Shown here: positions 29,049 through 38,023 of the stretch, one piece after another
Position numbering within the stretch: position 1 is the first letter of the stretch
How the letters are laid out: each line of letters begins with the position of its first letter
Program-made: the position numbers and the translations under genes
Origin: Candidatus Thorarchaeota archaeon
GTDB lineage: Archaea > Asgardarchaeota > Thorarchaeia > Thorarchaeales > Thorarchaeaceae
DNA: 64,000 nucleotides
Assembly: GCA_003345545.1 (NCBI GenBank)
Contig: PRDH01000037.1
Coordinates: 1 to 64,000 of the forward strand
Reading direction: 5' to 3'
Notes under the pieces: generated by a model
The model's input: the letters and a program-made list of their open reading frames with translations, nothing else
Databases searched by the model: none
What the model was told of the DNA's origin: nothing

Positions 29049-29399
29049 CTACTCCAACATTCCTCGGTCTTTCATTTGTTCGACAATCTGATTGTACTTC
29101 TGATTGTTGCCTATCATCTCATTGACTTGCGTTTCCAAAGAGTGAGATCCTGGCAAGACGAGCACCCTGATTCTGGTGTCCGGATAGACTGATTCAAGAC
29201 GATGTCGAATCAGGATGCCAATGAGTCCACCCATCGGACAATACGGGGCAGTTGGTCTGAACTGCACACGAATTGAGTCATTATCGACCTCAATGTATTC
29301 TTGCTTCACTATCGACATTTGTGGGTCAGTAATCGATATGGGGTGCTCAGGATCCATGACGGACTCCAATGCTTTGAACACTTCACCGACTGTTGCCAT
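29049..29399 (-). CDS. DUF59/MIP18 (CIA2/FAM96-like) Fe-S cluster assembly protein
   Basis: DPEHP, PTAPYCPMGGLIG, PGSH..E..VN. Confidence 0.85.
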   Translation of the reverse strand: MATVGEVFKALESVMDPEHPISITDPQMSIVKQEYIEVDNDSIRVQFRPTAPYCPMGGLIGILIRHRLESVYPDTRIRVLVLPGSHSLETQVNEMIGNNQKYNQIVEQMKDRGMLE

Positions 29400-29590
29400 T
29401 GTGTTTCCCAAGATTAAGGACCCTTTTCGACGACTTAATAATCTATGGCTTTAGCTACCCTGCACGAACAGCTCTGATTCGTTGACATTAATGGGCACAA
29501 GGTATATCTGACATCGGAATCCCTTTATCGCGTCGGGTAATGCAGGAATAGTGTTCAGAGAGAAACTACCAGTCGGGGGTATCAGAAACC

Positions 29591-30049
29591 ATGTCACCCG
29601 CCCAAAAGAAAGCCAGCAACAAAACCAAGAAGTATCTGTTCAAGATAACAGTCGTCGGCCCAGACGACAAGCTTCTGATGGATGTTCTTTCATTGTTCGA
29701 TGATCCCGTCGTGTCGGTCGATGGGATTCGAATCGGATCGACTGAGGTGGATGTTGACACATCTGAAGTTCACGCAGTCTTCATGTCGCCAAGGCACTCC
29801 GCTCTGGATGTTCTTCTAACCCTGACCTACAAAGGTGCAAGTGGTGTCATCATTGTGCTCAGAGAATCTGATCAAGAGCTGGAACGACTATATCGTGATG
29901 AAGTACTAGAGAACCTGGGTACAGATATACCCACACGCGTTGTCACTACTGGCTCATCAATCGACAAATTCAAGCGGAATGAGATTCATCATCTCTTCGA
30001 AGAAGTCGTTGTGGAGATTTTGGAGCACAAGACTCGAAAGGGGAAGTAG
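29591..30049 (+). CDS. Small GTPase-fold protein with degenerate P-loop (pseudo-GTPase)
   Basis: Rab-like YLFKITVVG start and YKGASGVIIV, but no GKT/S, DxxG or NKxD. Confidence 0.55.
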   Translation: MSPAQKKASNKTKKYLFKITVVGPDDKLLMDVLSLFDDPVVSVDGIRIGSTEVDVDTSEVHAVFMSPRHSALDVLLTLTYKGASGVIIVLRESDQELERLYRDEVLENLGTDIPTRVVTTGSSIDKFKRNEIHHLFEEVVVEILEHKTRKGK

Positions 30050-30085
30050 TACAAACCTTTTTTTCAGTTTTGATACCAATCCAGA

Positions 30086-31150
30086 TTGGTGTCCACGGTG
30101 AGCTCAGATAATAAGAGAAGCGACGAGTACTGGATGGGCGTGCGCGATGCACTGAGAATGATAGATATCTTCAACAAGTGGGCTGTAAGAAATCCCACTC
30201 GCGCGAAGAGCCTTGAAGATTTCATCGACGATGGGCTTGTAGCAGCCGCTAAGCGGTGCGAGTCTTGTCTGCGAGAGAAGCTAGGGATTAGTTACCTCAA
30301 AGAAGAGCAAGCTGAGGATAATCCTCCTTTCGTTGAGCCATCAGCTTCCGAGCCATCAGCTCCTCCTGACTTTGCTCCTGCACCAGACGAAACTTTCGAC
30401 GCACTTACCGAATCTCCTCCAGATACTGATTTTGAGGTCGCTATAGAGTCTGTGGACTATTCCTCCGAACAGGAGGTTCACATCGAATCAGAAGAGCCCA
30501 GTATGTCTATCGACTCTGTCGAACGATCGGAGGAAGAGCCCATGGACGATATTGTCATTGAAGGTCCACAACGTGATTTCTCGACAGATTTTATTCTTGT
30601 CGAGCCACCACCCCTTTCTGTTGATGCTGACGAAGCAGAACCCGAAAGACCAGAAGTCGATGAACCATTAGGTGAGTCTGACCTTGATGAACTCCTTCAT
30701 TCGGATGAATTAGATCTGGAACCAGAAGATGATGAGAAGCAGCCGTCATTCACGTGGGCTGATTATGAGGCTGCAGTCACCCCTGCCCCTGAGCCAGAGC
30801 CATTAGAGTCTGGCTCCGGTGAGTCCACGATCAGAGAAGATGAGCATGAAAAATCCTCATCTGAGGACCGCCGCTCTCCAGATGACGAGGCCTTTGACGA
30901 ACCTCCTGAGCCTTCTGAAGCGCCCGAGGAGTGGAGCACGCATGATGAAACGTCTGTTTCTAGTGAGGAGGTCCTTGATGATTCCTATGATACCAAGGAT
31001 GAGGTTGAGATGGACGATTCAGAAGTATCCAAACCAAGTGAAGCTGCAACACCAGTCACCGAACCTCCTTCTCCGCCACCGCCTCCTGAAACCGAGGAGG
31101 ATGAAGAGGAGCGAAGGCGGAGAGCACGAAGGCTGTTTTTCGGAACATGA
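30086..31150 (+). CDS. Protein with N-terminal helical CxxC domain and long acidic/Pro-rich disordered tail
   Basis: YWMGVRDALRM...CESC; E/D/P/S-rich body; ends PPPPPETEEDEEERRRRARRLFFGT. Confidence 0.75.
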   Translation: MVSTVSSDNKRSDEYWMGVRDALRMIDIFNKWAVRNPTRAKSLEDFIDDGLVAAAKRCESCLREKLGISYLKEEQAEDNPPFVEPSASEPSAPPDFAPAPDETFDALTESPPDTDFEVAIESVDYSSEQEVHIESEEPSMSIDSVERSEEEPMDDIVIEGPQRDFSTDFILVEPPPLSVDADEAEPERPEVDEPLGESDLDELLHSDELDLEPEDDEKQPSFTWADYEAAVTPAPEPEPLESGSGESTIREDEHEKSSSEDRRSPDDEAFDEPPEPSEAPEEWSTHDETSVSSEEVLDDSYDTKDEVEMDDSEVSKPSEAATPVTEPPSPPPPPETEEDEEERRRRARRLFFGT

Positions 31151-32176
31151 TTAGCCCTTGAGAATCTCTTCATAGAGCCGGACGGCTTCTTCTGCAGTAC
31201 TGACGCCTCGTACGATGGCACTGCCTGTGGACATCAGCGTTATCTTGGAACCTGAAGGCTTCTGGACTATCAGGACCTTCTTTCCTGACTTGACGGCATC
31301 TTTGGAATCAAGATGCCGTGATATGTCTCTTAGGTCTAGATTCATGATTGTTGGAGGCGAGATATTGAAGTCATTCGTGCACAGGGCAGTGACAGTGAGT
31401 CCCTTGCCTTTTCTCATCTTCGTAGTATCTGGTCGTGAACATTGCGGACAATCGGGCACGATTCCGATATCAAAGAAATCAAAACTGAGAGAAGCTGAGT
31501 CAATTGTCATGAGCCGATTTGCAAGAACGGGCCTCTTTCCTGTTGCAAGAAGTATTGCTTCATTGACCTCCACAGCCGCAGCAAGCGAGAGAAGAGTAGG
31601 AGACACGCCTACTTGTGCACATGTATTATCAGGATTGTCTTCGGCATCACCCATTAGACAATGGAGGCATCCTGTTTCACCTGGAATAAACGTTGAAAGG
31701 TTTGCATAGTACTCTATGGCTCCTGCAAACACATAGGGAATCTTCAGCCTCAGGCTCGCTCTGTTGATGATCCTGCGAGTCGTGAATGAGTCAAGTCCAT
31801 CGATTATGATATCAGTTCCTTCCAAGAGCTCCATCACATTTTCATCTTGGATTGAAACAGAGAACGGTTCGAATGTCACCTCGGGATTCATGGAAGCAAG
31901 GTTCTTGGCTCCCGCAATTGCCTTGGGCTTTCCAATGTCTCTTGTGTTGTAGATGGTCTGTCTCTGTATGTTGGACAGTTCGACAATGTCTCTGTCTATG
32001 ATCCGTATTCTTCCGAATCCTATGGCCGCCAAGAGTCGAAGGGCAGGGCTCCCTAGTCCTCCAGCTCCAACGACTGCGACAGTAGATTCCATGATTGCTT
32101 GCATATCTTCCTCTGTGAAGTCCCTGAGGGCAAGCATCCGGGAGTATCTCTCCCTTTGATTGTTAGTGAGTTTCAT
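31151..32176 (-). CDS. ThiF/MoeB/E1-like adenylyltransferase
   Basis: RYSR, VVGAGGLGS, DRD.VELSN.QRQ, GKPK, D.LDSF..R, CLHC, CPQC. Confidence 0.92.
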   Translation of the reverse strand: MKLTNNQRERYSRMLALRDFTEEDMQAIMESTVAVVGAGGLGSPALRLLAAIGFGRIRIIDRDIVELSNIQRQTIYNTRDIGKPKAIAGAKNLASMNPEVTFEPFSVSIQDENVMELLEGTDIIIDGLDSFTTRRIINRASLRLKIPYVFAGAIEYYANLSTFIPGETGCLHCLMGDAEDNPDNTCAQVGVSPTLLSLAAAVEVNEAILLATGKRPVLANRLMTIDSASLSFDFFDIGIVPDCPQCSRPDTTKMRKGKGLTVTALCTNDFNISPPTIMNLDLRDISRHLDSKDAVKSGKKVLIVQKPSGSKITLMSTGSAIVRGVSTAEEAVRLYEEILKG

Positions 32177-32235
32177 CTCTTCCAGATATGATGCAAAGCA
32201 CTCACTTAAAGCCTTGGACAACAACATAGGATGCT

Positions 32236-33060
32236 ATGGTGTTCACATCTGAGGTGTCAATAGGTGTGCACAGGAGCCCGATGGAGGCTCTAGACGTCGC
32301 GCTCTCAAGACTACAGACCTCGCTAGAAGTCCCGCGTCGTCCGACAAAGGTTCTGATTAAGCCATCAATTTACGACCCAAGGCTGGTAGGCAATACACAT
32401 GTCAGTGTTGTGAAAGCTGTACTGAATGCATTCAAAACGCTGGGCCCTGCTGTAATCGTTGAGAGCGATAATCCTCGTCGGAGAGCAATAGATGCGTTTC
32501 AGCAGAGTGGCTATAACAGCCTTTTCAACCCTGATGTATCATTGGTCAATCTTTCAGAGCTTGATACTACAGTTGTAAAGATGCCTGGCAATTTCTTCAA
32601 GGAGCACAAGATGCCCACGATTCTTACAGAGGAGCACTTCTTCATCAATGTACCCACAGTCAAACTCGAACCGGATATCTGTACTATCGGAGGAGGTATC
32701 AAGAATCTCTTCGGACTGATTCCCGAAGTCGAGAAGTCCGTCTACCACCAAAGAATCGATGACGTTCTCATGGATCTTCTCGCAGTCTTCCGACCTCAAA
32801 TGACCATTGTCGACCTGACGTCCTTGGTGATTGGTGATAGGATTGAGGAGGTTACAAAAGAGATAGGTGCAATCGTTGTTGGTGCGGACCCCGTTGCCGT
32901 AGACGCATTCTGTGCTGATTTGCTTGGTATTGACGCTATAGCAGTTTCGCATCTAAGAAGAGCGTACGAGCTTGGTCTTGGCGAGATTGTTCTCGATAGA
33001 ATACGTGTGAGTGGGACCGCTACTCAGAAACAGAAACTGCTCGAGGCCTGCAAGCACTGA
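32236..33060 (+). CDS. DUF362 domain protein
   Basis: VLIKP, INVP.VK, GGIKNLFG, DPVAVD, HL..A.ELGLG. Confidence 0.8.
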   Translation: MVFTSEVSIGVHRSPMEALDVALSRLQTSLEVPRRPTKVLIKPSIYDPRLVGNTHVSVVKAVLNAFKTLGPAVIVESDNPRRRAIDAFQQSGYNSLFNPDVSLVNLSELDTTVVKMPGNFFKEHKMPTILTEEHFFINVPTVKLEPDICTIGGGIKNLFGLIPEVEKSVYHQRIDDVLMDLLAVFRPQMTIVDLTSLVIGDRIEEVTKEIGAIVVGADPVAVDAFCADLLGIDAIAVSHLRRAYELGLGEIVLDRIRVSGTATQKQKLLEACKH

Positions 33061-33143
33061 CAAAACGGAATGCATTTATCTGGAGTCAAGCAGCCAGCGA
33101 AAACACTGGACGATTCCTATACGCGTCGCAGATGCATTAGGAG

Positions 33144-34319
33144 ATGCCATCCATGGATTGGACTTCTCATACAATGGAACGAATTCCTGAGTCAGACACA
33201 CTGAAGATGTTTGATCTAGCCAAACGCCTTGAGAGTGAGGGTAAAAAGATCTATCACTTCGAGGTTGGGCAGCCAGATTTCCCCACCCCTAAGAATGTTG
33301 TCATTGCCGGTATTGATGCACTAAAGAAGGGACTTACGAAGTATACCCCTGCTCGCGGAATTCCCCAATTACTCGACGCCATCCAGGGCTATTACAAATC
33401 ACGGGGCATTACCATTAATGGAAGAAAGAACGTCATCGTTACGCCTGGAGCAAAGATGGCACTGTTCCAAGGATTTCTGAGCACGATTGATGCAGGTGAC
33501 GACGTATTACTTCTCTCTCCTGCTTGGCCTACCTATCGTGTTATGATTCGAACTGTAAATGCAAAACCCGTCGATGTCTGTACTGAATCCAACTATACTC
33601 TTGATGAGGAAGCTCTCAAACACGCGATCTCAAGGACAGTATCTGCGCTTGTAATCAACACGCCAAACAATCCCACAGGTGGCGTCTTAACTAAGGAGAA
33701 CCTGAGGCTCATCTATGACCTAGCGATGGATCATGATTTTGTTGTCTTCTCAGATGAGATCTACGAAACCCTGGTCTATGACGGTTTCAAACAGACGTCG
33801 ATGCTTGAAGTCGATCCCACTATGGAACGAACTCTTGTAATCAACGGAATGAGCAAATCGTACAGCATGACAGGTTGGAGACTTGGATATGCCATTGGAA
33901 ATGAAGAGACTATCTCAAACATGACCAGAATTCAGCAAAACACGACTTCGTGTGCGACATCGTTCGTTCAATATGCTGGTGTGGAGGCTCTCAACGGTGA
34001 CCAATCATCTATTGCTGCGATGGTCAAGGAATATCATGCTCGTCGTGACGAAATCACTCGACTCTTCAATGAGATAGAAGGGGTGTCCTGTGTTAGTCCG
34101 ATGGGCGCTTTCTACGTGTTTCCTGACTTTGTGAAGTATGGAGTGAGCAGCACAACTCTAGCTGAATTGATCCTCAAGAAGACTGGAGTGTGCTGCACAC
34201 CGGGCCTAGCATTTGGAGCCAAGTACGACAGTCATCTGAGATTCTCCTATCCAGTATCGCTGGCTGAAATACGGGAAGGCATGGCTAAGCTTGCACAGTT
34301 CTTGCCAACGCTTATTTGA
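33144..34319 (+). CDS. Class I/II PLP aminotransferase (aspartate aminotransferase-like)
   Basis: GQPDF.TP, NTPNNPTG, SDEIY, SKSYSMTGWRLG, GAFY.F. Confidence 0.93.
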   Translation: MPSMDWTSHTMERIPESDTLKMFDLAKRLESEGKKIYHFEVGQPDFPTPKNVVIAGIDALKKGLTKYTPARGIPQLLDAIQGYYKSRGITINGRKNVIVTPGAKMALFQGFLSTIDAGDDVLLLSPAWPTYRVMIRTVNAKPVDVCTESNYTLDEEALKHAISRTVSALVINTPNNPTGGVLTKENLRLIYDLAMDHDFVVFSDEIYETLVYDGFKQTSMLEVDPTMERTLVINGMSKSYSMTGWRLGYAIGNEETISNMTRIQQNTTSCATSFVQYAGVEALNGDQSSIAAMVKEYHARRDEITRLFNEIEGVSCVSPMGAFYVFPDFVKYGVSSTTLAELILKKTGVCCTPGLAFGAKYDSHLRFSYPVSLAEIREGMAKLAQFLPTLI

Positions 34320-34369
34320 TACGACCACGCCCAGTGTATCATCGAATAGTAGTCCTAGGAAGCGTCCTC

Positions 34370-34969
34370 ATGACAAACAGAGAAGCCGAGGGATCTAGTG
34401 ATAGCCAGTTGCCGCATTTTGAGTGTACTAAGTGTGGAGCATGTTGCCGTGAGAAACCAATGCTCATCACAGTAACTGGAAGGGACATTGTCAGGATTTC
34501 TTCAGCCTTGGGCATAGGCTCCGAAGAAACAATGAGGGCTCTTGATTTCTACGTTGTTGCGAAGGAGAATGAAGTCCCAGTAGGACTCCAGGGAATTCCG
34601 TCACCAATGACTGAGAGAGGTCCAACTTTCATTGCGCTTAAGAAGATGGAGAATAGCGACTGTGTTTTTCTCAAAGATAATCTCTGCATGATTCATGCTC
34701 TGCGACCCACAGTCTGCAGGTCCTTTCCCTTTGTATTTCGGGAGTCTACTGATGGGGTAAAGTGGGGGCTCAGTGCAGCGAAACATATCTGTCCCGGACT
34801 TGGTGTGGGACCGGAAGTATCAGAGGAAGAATTACGCGAGCTTTCTATTTCCGTTCTGGAAAGCATACGGGTGTACAGAGAATTCATTGATCAGTGGAAC
34901 GCAAAGCCCGCTACAACCGCTATTGATCTCATTAAGGCGATTCTCTCGGAACATCAATTCTACATCTAG
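34370..34969 (+). CDS. YkgJ-family CxxCxxCC cysteine-cluster protein
   Basis: FECTKCGACC, CVFL...C.IH..RP.VCRSFPF, CPGLG. Confidence 0.88.
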   Translation: MTNREAEGSSDSQLPHFECTKCGACCREKPMLITVTGRDIVRISSALGIGSEETMRALDFYVVAKENEVPVGLQGIPSPMTERGPTFIALKKMENSDCVFLKDNLCMIHALRPTVCRSFPFVFRESTDGVKWGLSAAKHICPGLGVGPEVSEEELRELSISVLESIRVYREFIDQWNAKPATTAIDLIKAILSEHQFYI

Positions 34970-35122
34970 AATAGTATGGGAAGGTGGAGTGGCAGCCGGT
35001 AGGTTTCTTCCACGAGTTCATCTAGTCTCTTGGATATGGTTCATACGTGTCTGCAGAAGAAGTAGTGCGGCTCTGCGTAGCGCGGCCTGTTGACCAATAT
35101 GGTTCTCTACAGCAAGAACAGC

Positions 35123-36082
35123 TCACAACCTGGTGAGAATCTGCAGTATGTTGTCGAAGTTATGTTCTACTGTTCTACTCTTTTCTGCGTATGCAGCTAG
35201 AGTGGCAAGTCTCTCGTCCTTGGCTGCACGCTCTGCGAATCTCTGTGAACGTATCTCTTCGTGTATGGCTGCGTTAATCGAGAGTATCTCATCAGAAGTT
35301 CTCAGGATGTAATGTAGCATTTTAATCAGCAGATTGAAATCATTGATATCTCTAAGTTGTAACGTCTGGCTATAGAACTGAAACTCAAGTCTTGCCAATC
35401 GTTCACGCATTCTGATGAGCTCCAGAAGCCAACTCGGAGCTCTTTCCTCCGCCAATTTGCTTCCGAGCTCTGACCAGTGTTGTTGCTGATCGAGTAGTTG
35501 GACGAGATAGCTGCGAAGGAATCCGAAATGGTCGACGCCACTTTCAATTTCCTCTTCAGTTCCAATTGGCCGCATTAGAGTATCCATTTGGCTATGTTTC
35601 ACTGCAATTTTGAGCGAGAACTTGTCCACATACCGCTTTATCTCATCAGTCTTCTCCTTCTTCGACATGAGGTCCGCAAATGTGTCCCCGAGGGTCAGAA
35701 TGAACTTATAGAGACATTCGGAGCATATCTCTGCATTAGCGGTCGCCTCTTTTGTCGAGAGGAATTGCAGGGCATCTTCAAGGTCATCTCCGGGAACATC
35801 CTTCCCGTGGATCCTTAAGACCCAGCCTTGTGAAATGCAGTATACTCTATTGTCAGGATAGTTGACAAAAATCGAGGCGTAGCACATATTGCCGTCGGTG
35901 GCTCGTTCTTCTTTCATGCTCTCCTTATCTGTGTGAAAGCCAAAGATTGAGGGGTCGATCTCTATGGCTTCAATCTCCAAGACGCTATCGTCATTGACAC
36001 AGAGTTTCTCGTCTCCGAAAACCTTGTAACATGGGCATCCGCGGACCATTCTAATCGAAGACATTTTTCGTTCTCCAGGCAA
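35123..36082 (-). CDS. Hypothetical 7-Cys-domain + helical protein (paralog A)
   Basis: GCPCYK, LCVN, MCY, YCISQ, ICSECLYK; aligns with the neighbour; likely start ATG 36064. Confidence 0.8.
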   Translation of the reverse strand: MPGERKMSSIRMVRGCPCYKVFGDEKLCVNDDSVLEIEAIEIDPSIFGFHTDKESMKEERATDGNMCYASIFVNYPDNRVYCISQGWVLRIHGKDVPGDDLEDALQFLSTKEATANAEICSECLYKFILTLGDTFADLMSKKEKTDEIKRYVDKFSLKIAVKHSQMDTLMRPIGTEEEIESGVDHFGFLRSYLVQLLDQQQHWSELGSKLAEERAPSWLLELIRMRERLARLEFQFYSQTLQLRDINDFNLLIKMLHYILRTSDEILSINAAIHEEIRSQRFAERAAKDERLATLAAYAEKSRTVEHNFDNILQILTRL

Positions 36083-36166
36083 TTTGCTCTGTGCTATTTC
36101 GGGTTGAAGCCAAGCAGAGAGTCATCCAGAACACCAATATTATCACTATTCGATTTATAGTAGTTA

Positions 36167-37165
36167 TTATGTAGTGTGTGCATCAATCTCGCTCAGTACC
36201 CTCACAAGATTGCTGAATCTATACTCTGTGTTCTTCCTCTTCTGAGAATGTTTCCTGAGCTTCTCTTGAACTTCTGTGCTCATCAGGTTTCGTTCTATCA
36301 TGATGTTGGTCTTTTCTCGAATCATATCACTGAGCTTGATTACTTTCTCGGAGATACTCACCATGAATCTTAGCGCGCTCAGGGCATCCATTTCGCTTGA
36401 AGTGTTCTCTAGTTCTAGAACCTGAGAGAGGAATATACCCTCGAGTCTATAGAATGTGCTATAATGATCAACAAGTTCGAGGAGTATCTTATCCGCGTTG
36501 GCTTTCTTTAGTTTCGTTGTAAGAGCAGCCCATTGCGAGCGTGACTGATTGATTCTCTTGATGTATTTCTTCACATGCTCCTGATATTCCGTATCGGAGA
36601 AGGTACTCGATGAATAGCTGCTTAATTCGGCTGCCATTCTTCTCGATACCTCTCGTACATAAGAGGTGACGATTTCTTCTCTTTCGAAGTCATTAAGGAA
36701 GCCGGATGAAGCCTCTCCGAGTGTCTTTAGGTACTTGTAGAGACAGTCAGAGCAGATGACTCCATCTCTACTCCTCTCGGCGGATGTGACGAACTGGAGC
36801 GCGCTGTCGATTTCAGCTGTCTTGACATCCATCTTATTGATATTGATTCTCCGTGCTTGGCTGATACAATAGCAGTGCCCCTCCTTCCTATCCAAGTAGA
36901 TGAGGAGGTAACACATGCTCGAATTGTTACTCTTGTATTGGACAAGGTCGTCAACAGCCTCGATTCGTTCAAAGAATGACGGGTCTACAGATATGGCATT
37001 AATCGGTAATACATCATCAAAGTTCAGACAGACCTTCTCTTTCTCCAGACCGATGAATTCTTTGTAGCAGGGACATCCCTTGACTAGTTTTGTCTTGACC
37101 TGTTCGCCTCTCACCAAGGATGTATTCAGGTCGAGTTGGGAGGCTTCGGGTCCTATCAATAGCAC
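36167..37165 (-). CDS. Hypothetical 7-Cys-domain + helical protein (paralog B)
   Basis: GCPCYK, VCLN, MCY, YCISQ, ICSDCLYK; start uncertain. Confidence 0.8.
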   Translation of the reverse strand: MLLIGPEASQLDLNTSLVRGEQVKTKLVKGCPCYKEFIGLEKEKVCLNFDDVLPINAISVDPSFFERIEAVDDLVQYKSNNSSMCYLLIYLDRKEGHCYCISQARRININKMDVKTAEIDSALQFVTSAERSRDGVICSDCLYKYLKTLGEASSGFLNDFEREEIVTSYVREVSRRMAAELSSYSSSTFSDTEYQEHVKKYIKRINQSRSQWAALTTKLKKANADKILLELVDHYSTFYRLEGIFLSQVLELENTSSEMDALSALRFMVSISEKVIKLSDMIREKTNIMIERNLMSTEVQEKLRKHSQKRKNTEYRFSNLVRVLSEIDAHTT

Positions 37166-37351
37166 ACTCCTGAGCGAGGCCGGACGGCCGTTCTATTATT
37201 ATCTTATAATAGGATTGGATATGAAGATTTCTATTTCGGAAACTTGGTATCCAACCCCGCGCGCTACTGCGAAGCCTCTATGCTTCCTCTCCTTTTCAAT
37301 CAATCTTGCATGATGAAATGATGATTCAGGGGTGAGTGAAGCATGCCTATC

Positions 37352-37492
37352 TCAGCCCCAAAGCTCTCTTTTCAGAAGATCACGAATGGCAATTCTGATT
37401 GCCTCTGACCTATTCGGGTAGAGATTATTCTCAACCAGACGTTCAAGTCCTTCTACATATTGCTCTGGAATGTGCAGTGTTACCAGCTTCAT
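37352..37492 (-). CDS. Ribbon-helix-helix transcription regulator, CdrS/aCcr1-like (46 aa)
   Basis: MKLVTLHIPEQYVEGLERLVENNLYPNRSEAIRIAIRDLLKRELWG*; AGGTGA RBS; below ORF-track length cutoff. Confidence 0.9.
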   Translation of the reverse strand: MKLVTLHIPEQYVEGLERLVENNLYPNRSEAIRIAIRDLLKRELWG

Positions 37493-37537
37493 ATTGAGTA
37501 ATCACCTAGAGCATCTCTGTGTCATACTTGAATATGG

Positions 37538-37556
37538 TTGTGAGTAATACTCACAA
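37538..37556. promoter_or_regulatory. Perfect inverted repeat, probable RHH operator
   Basis: TTGTGAGTA-A-TACTCACAA, 46 nt upstream of the RHH start. Confidence 0.65.
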
Positions 37557-37615
37557 GGTATTGAGAATCGCAATCCTGAAATCATTTCAACCCTAATACT
37601 GGTGGAAGCGAAACG

Positions 37616-37909
37616 ATGAACACCTGGGAGGACCGAAGGAGAAAGTCTTGGAGCTACTATGCATGTCTACTGCTATTGCTCTCTCCTCCGATTCTAATCC
37701 TCTCTGAGATGTTTCTTACAACGATGTTTCTAGGTGTCGATGCAGTAGTTCCCTTCTTTTTGTTTGCAGTCGTTGTCATCGTTCTTGTTTTTGGTCTTGG
37801 TGTAAGGTATCGATACCGCGGAATAAATCCTGCATCGCGAAATATCATCAATGCAACTGACGGCCATTATTTCGAACGGATTGGAGCTGATGAATCAGAT
37901 TATCCATAG
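37616..37909 (+). CDS. Small two-TM membrane protein
   Basis: Two hydrophobic segments, basic residues after TM2. Confidence 0.6.
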   Translation: MNTWEDRRRKSWSYYACLLLLLSPPILILSEMFLTTMFLGVDAVVPFFLFAVVVIVLVFGLGVRYRYRGINPASRNIINATDGHYFERIGADESDYP

Positions 37910-38023
37910 GAGGGCATCGTAGCCCTTCGTGCGATTCACAGCTCGGGATTAGCCGTCAGGATAGAAGTTATATTCTGTCATATTTGCCCCACGACCTGTG
38001 CCAAACTGTAGGTCGTGTAGAAT

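Noticed and set aside
31120-31150. PCNA PIP-box at the C-terminus (RRARRLFF)
   Set aside because: Lacks Gln at position 1 and an aliphatic residue at position 4
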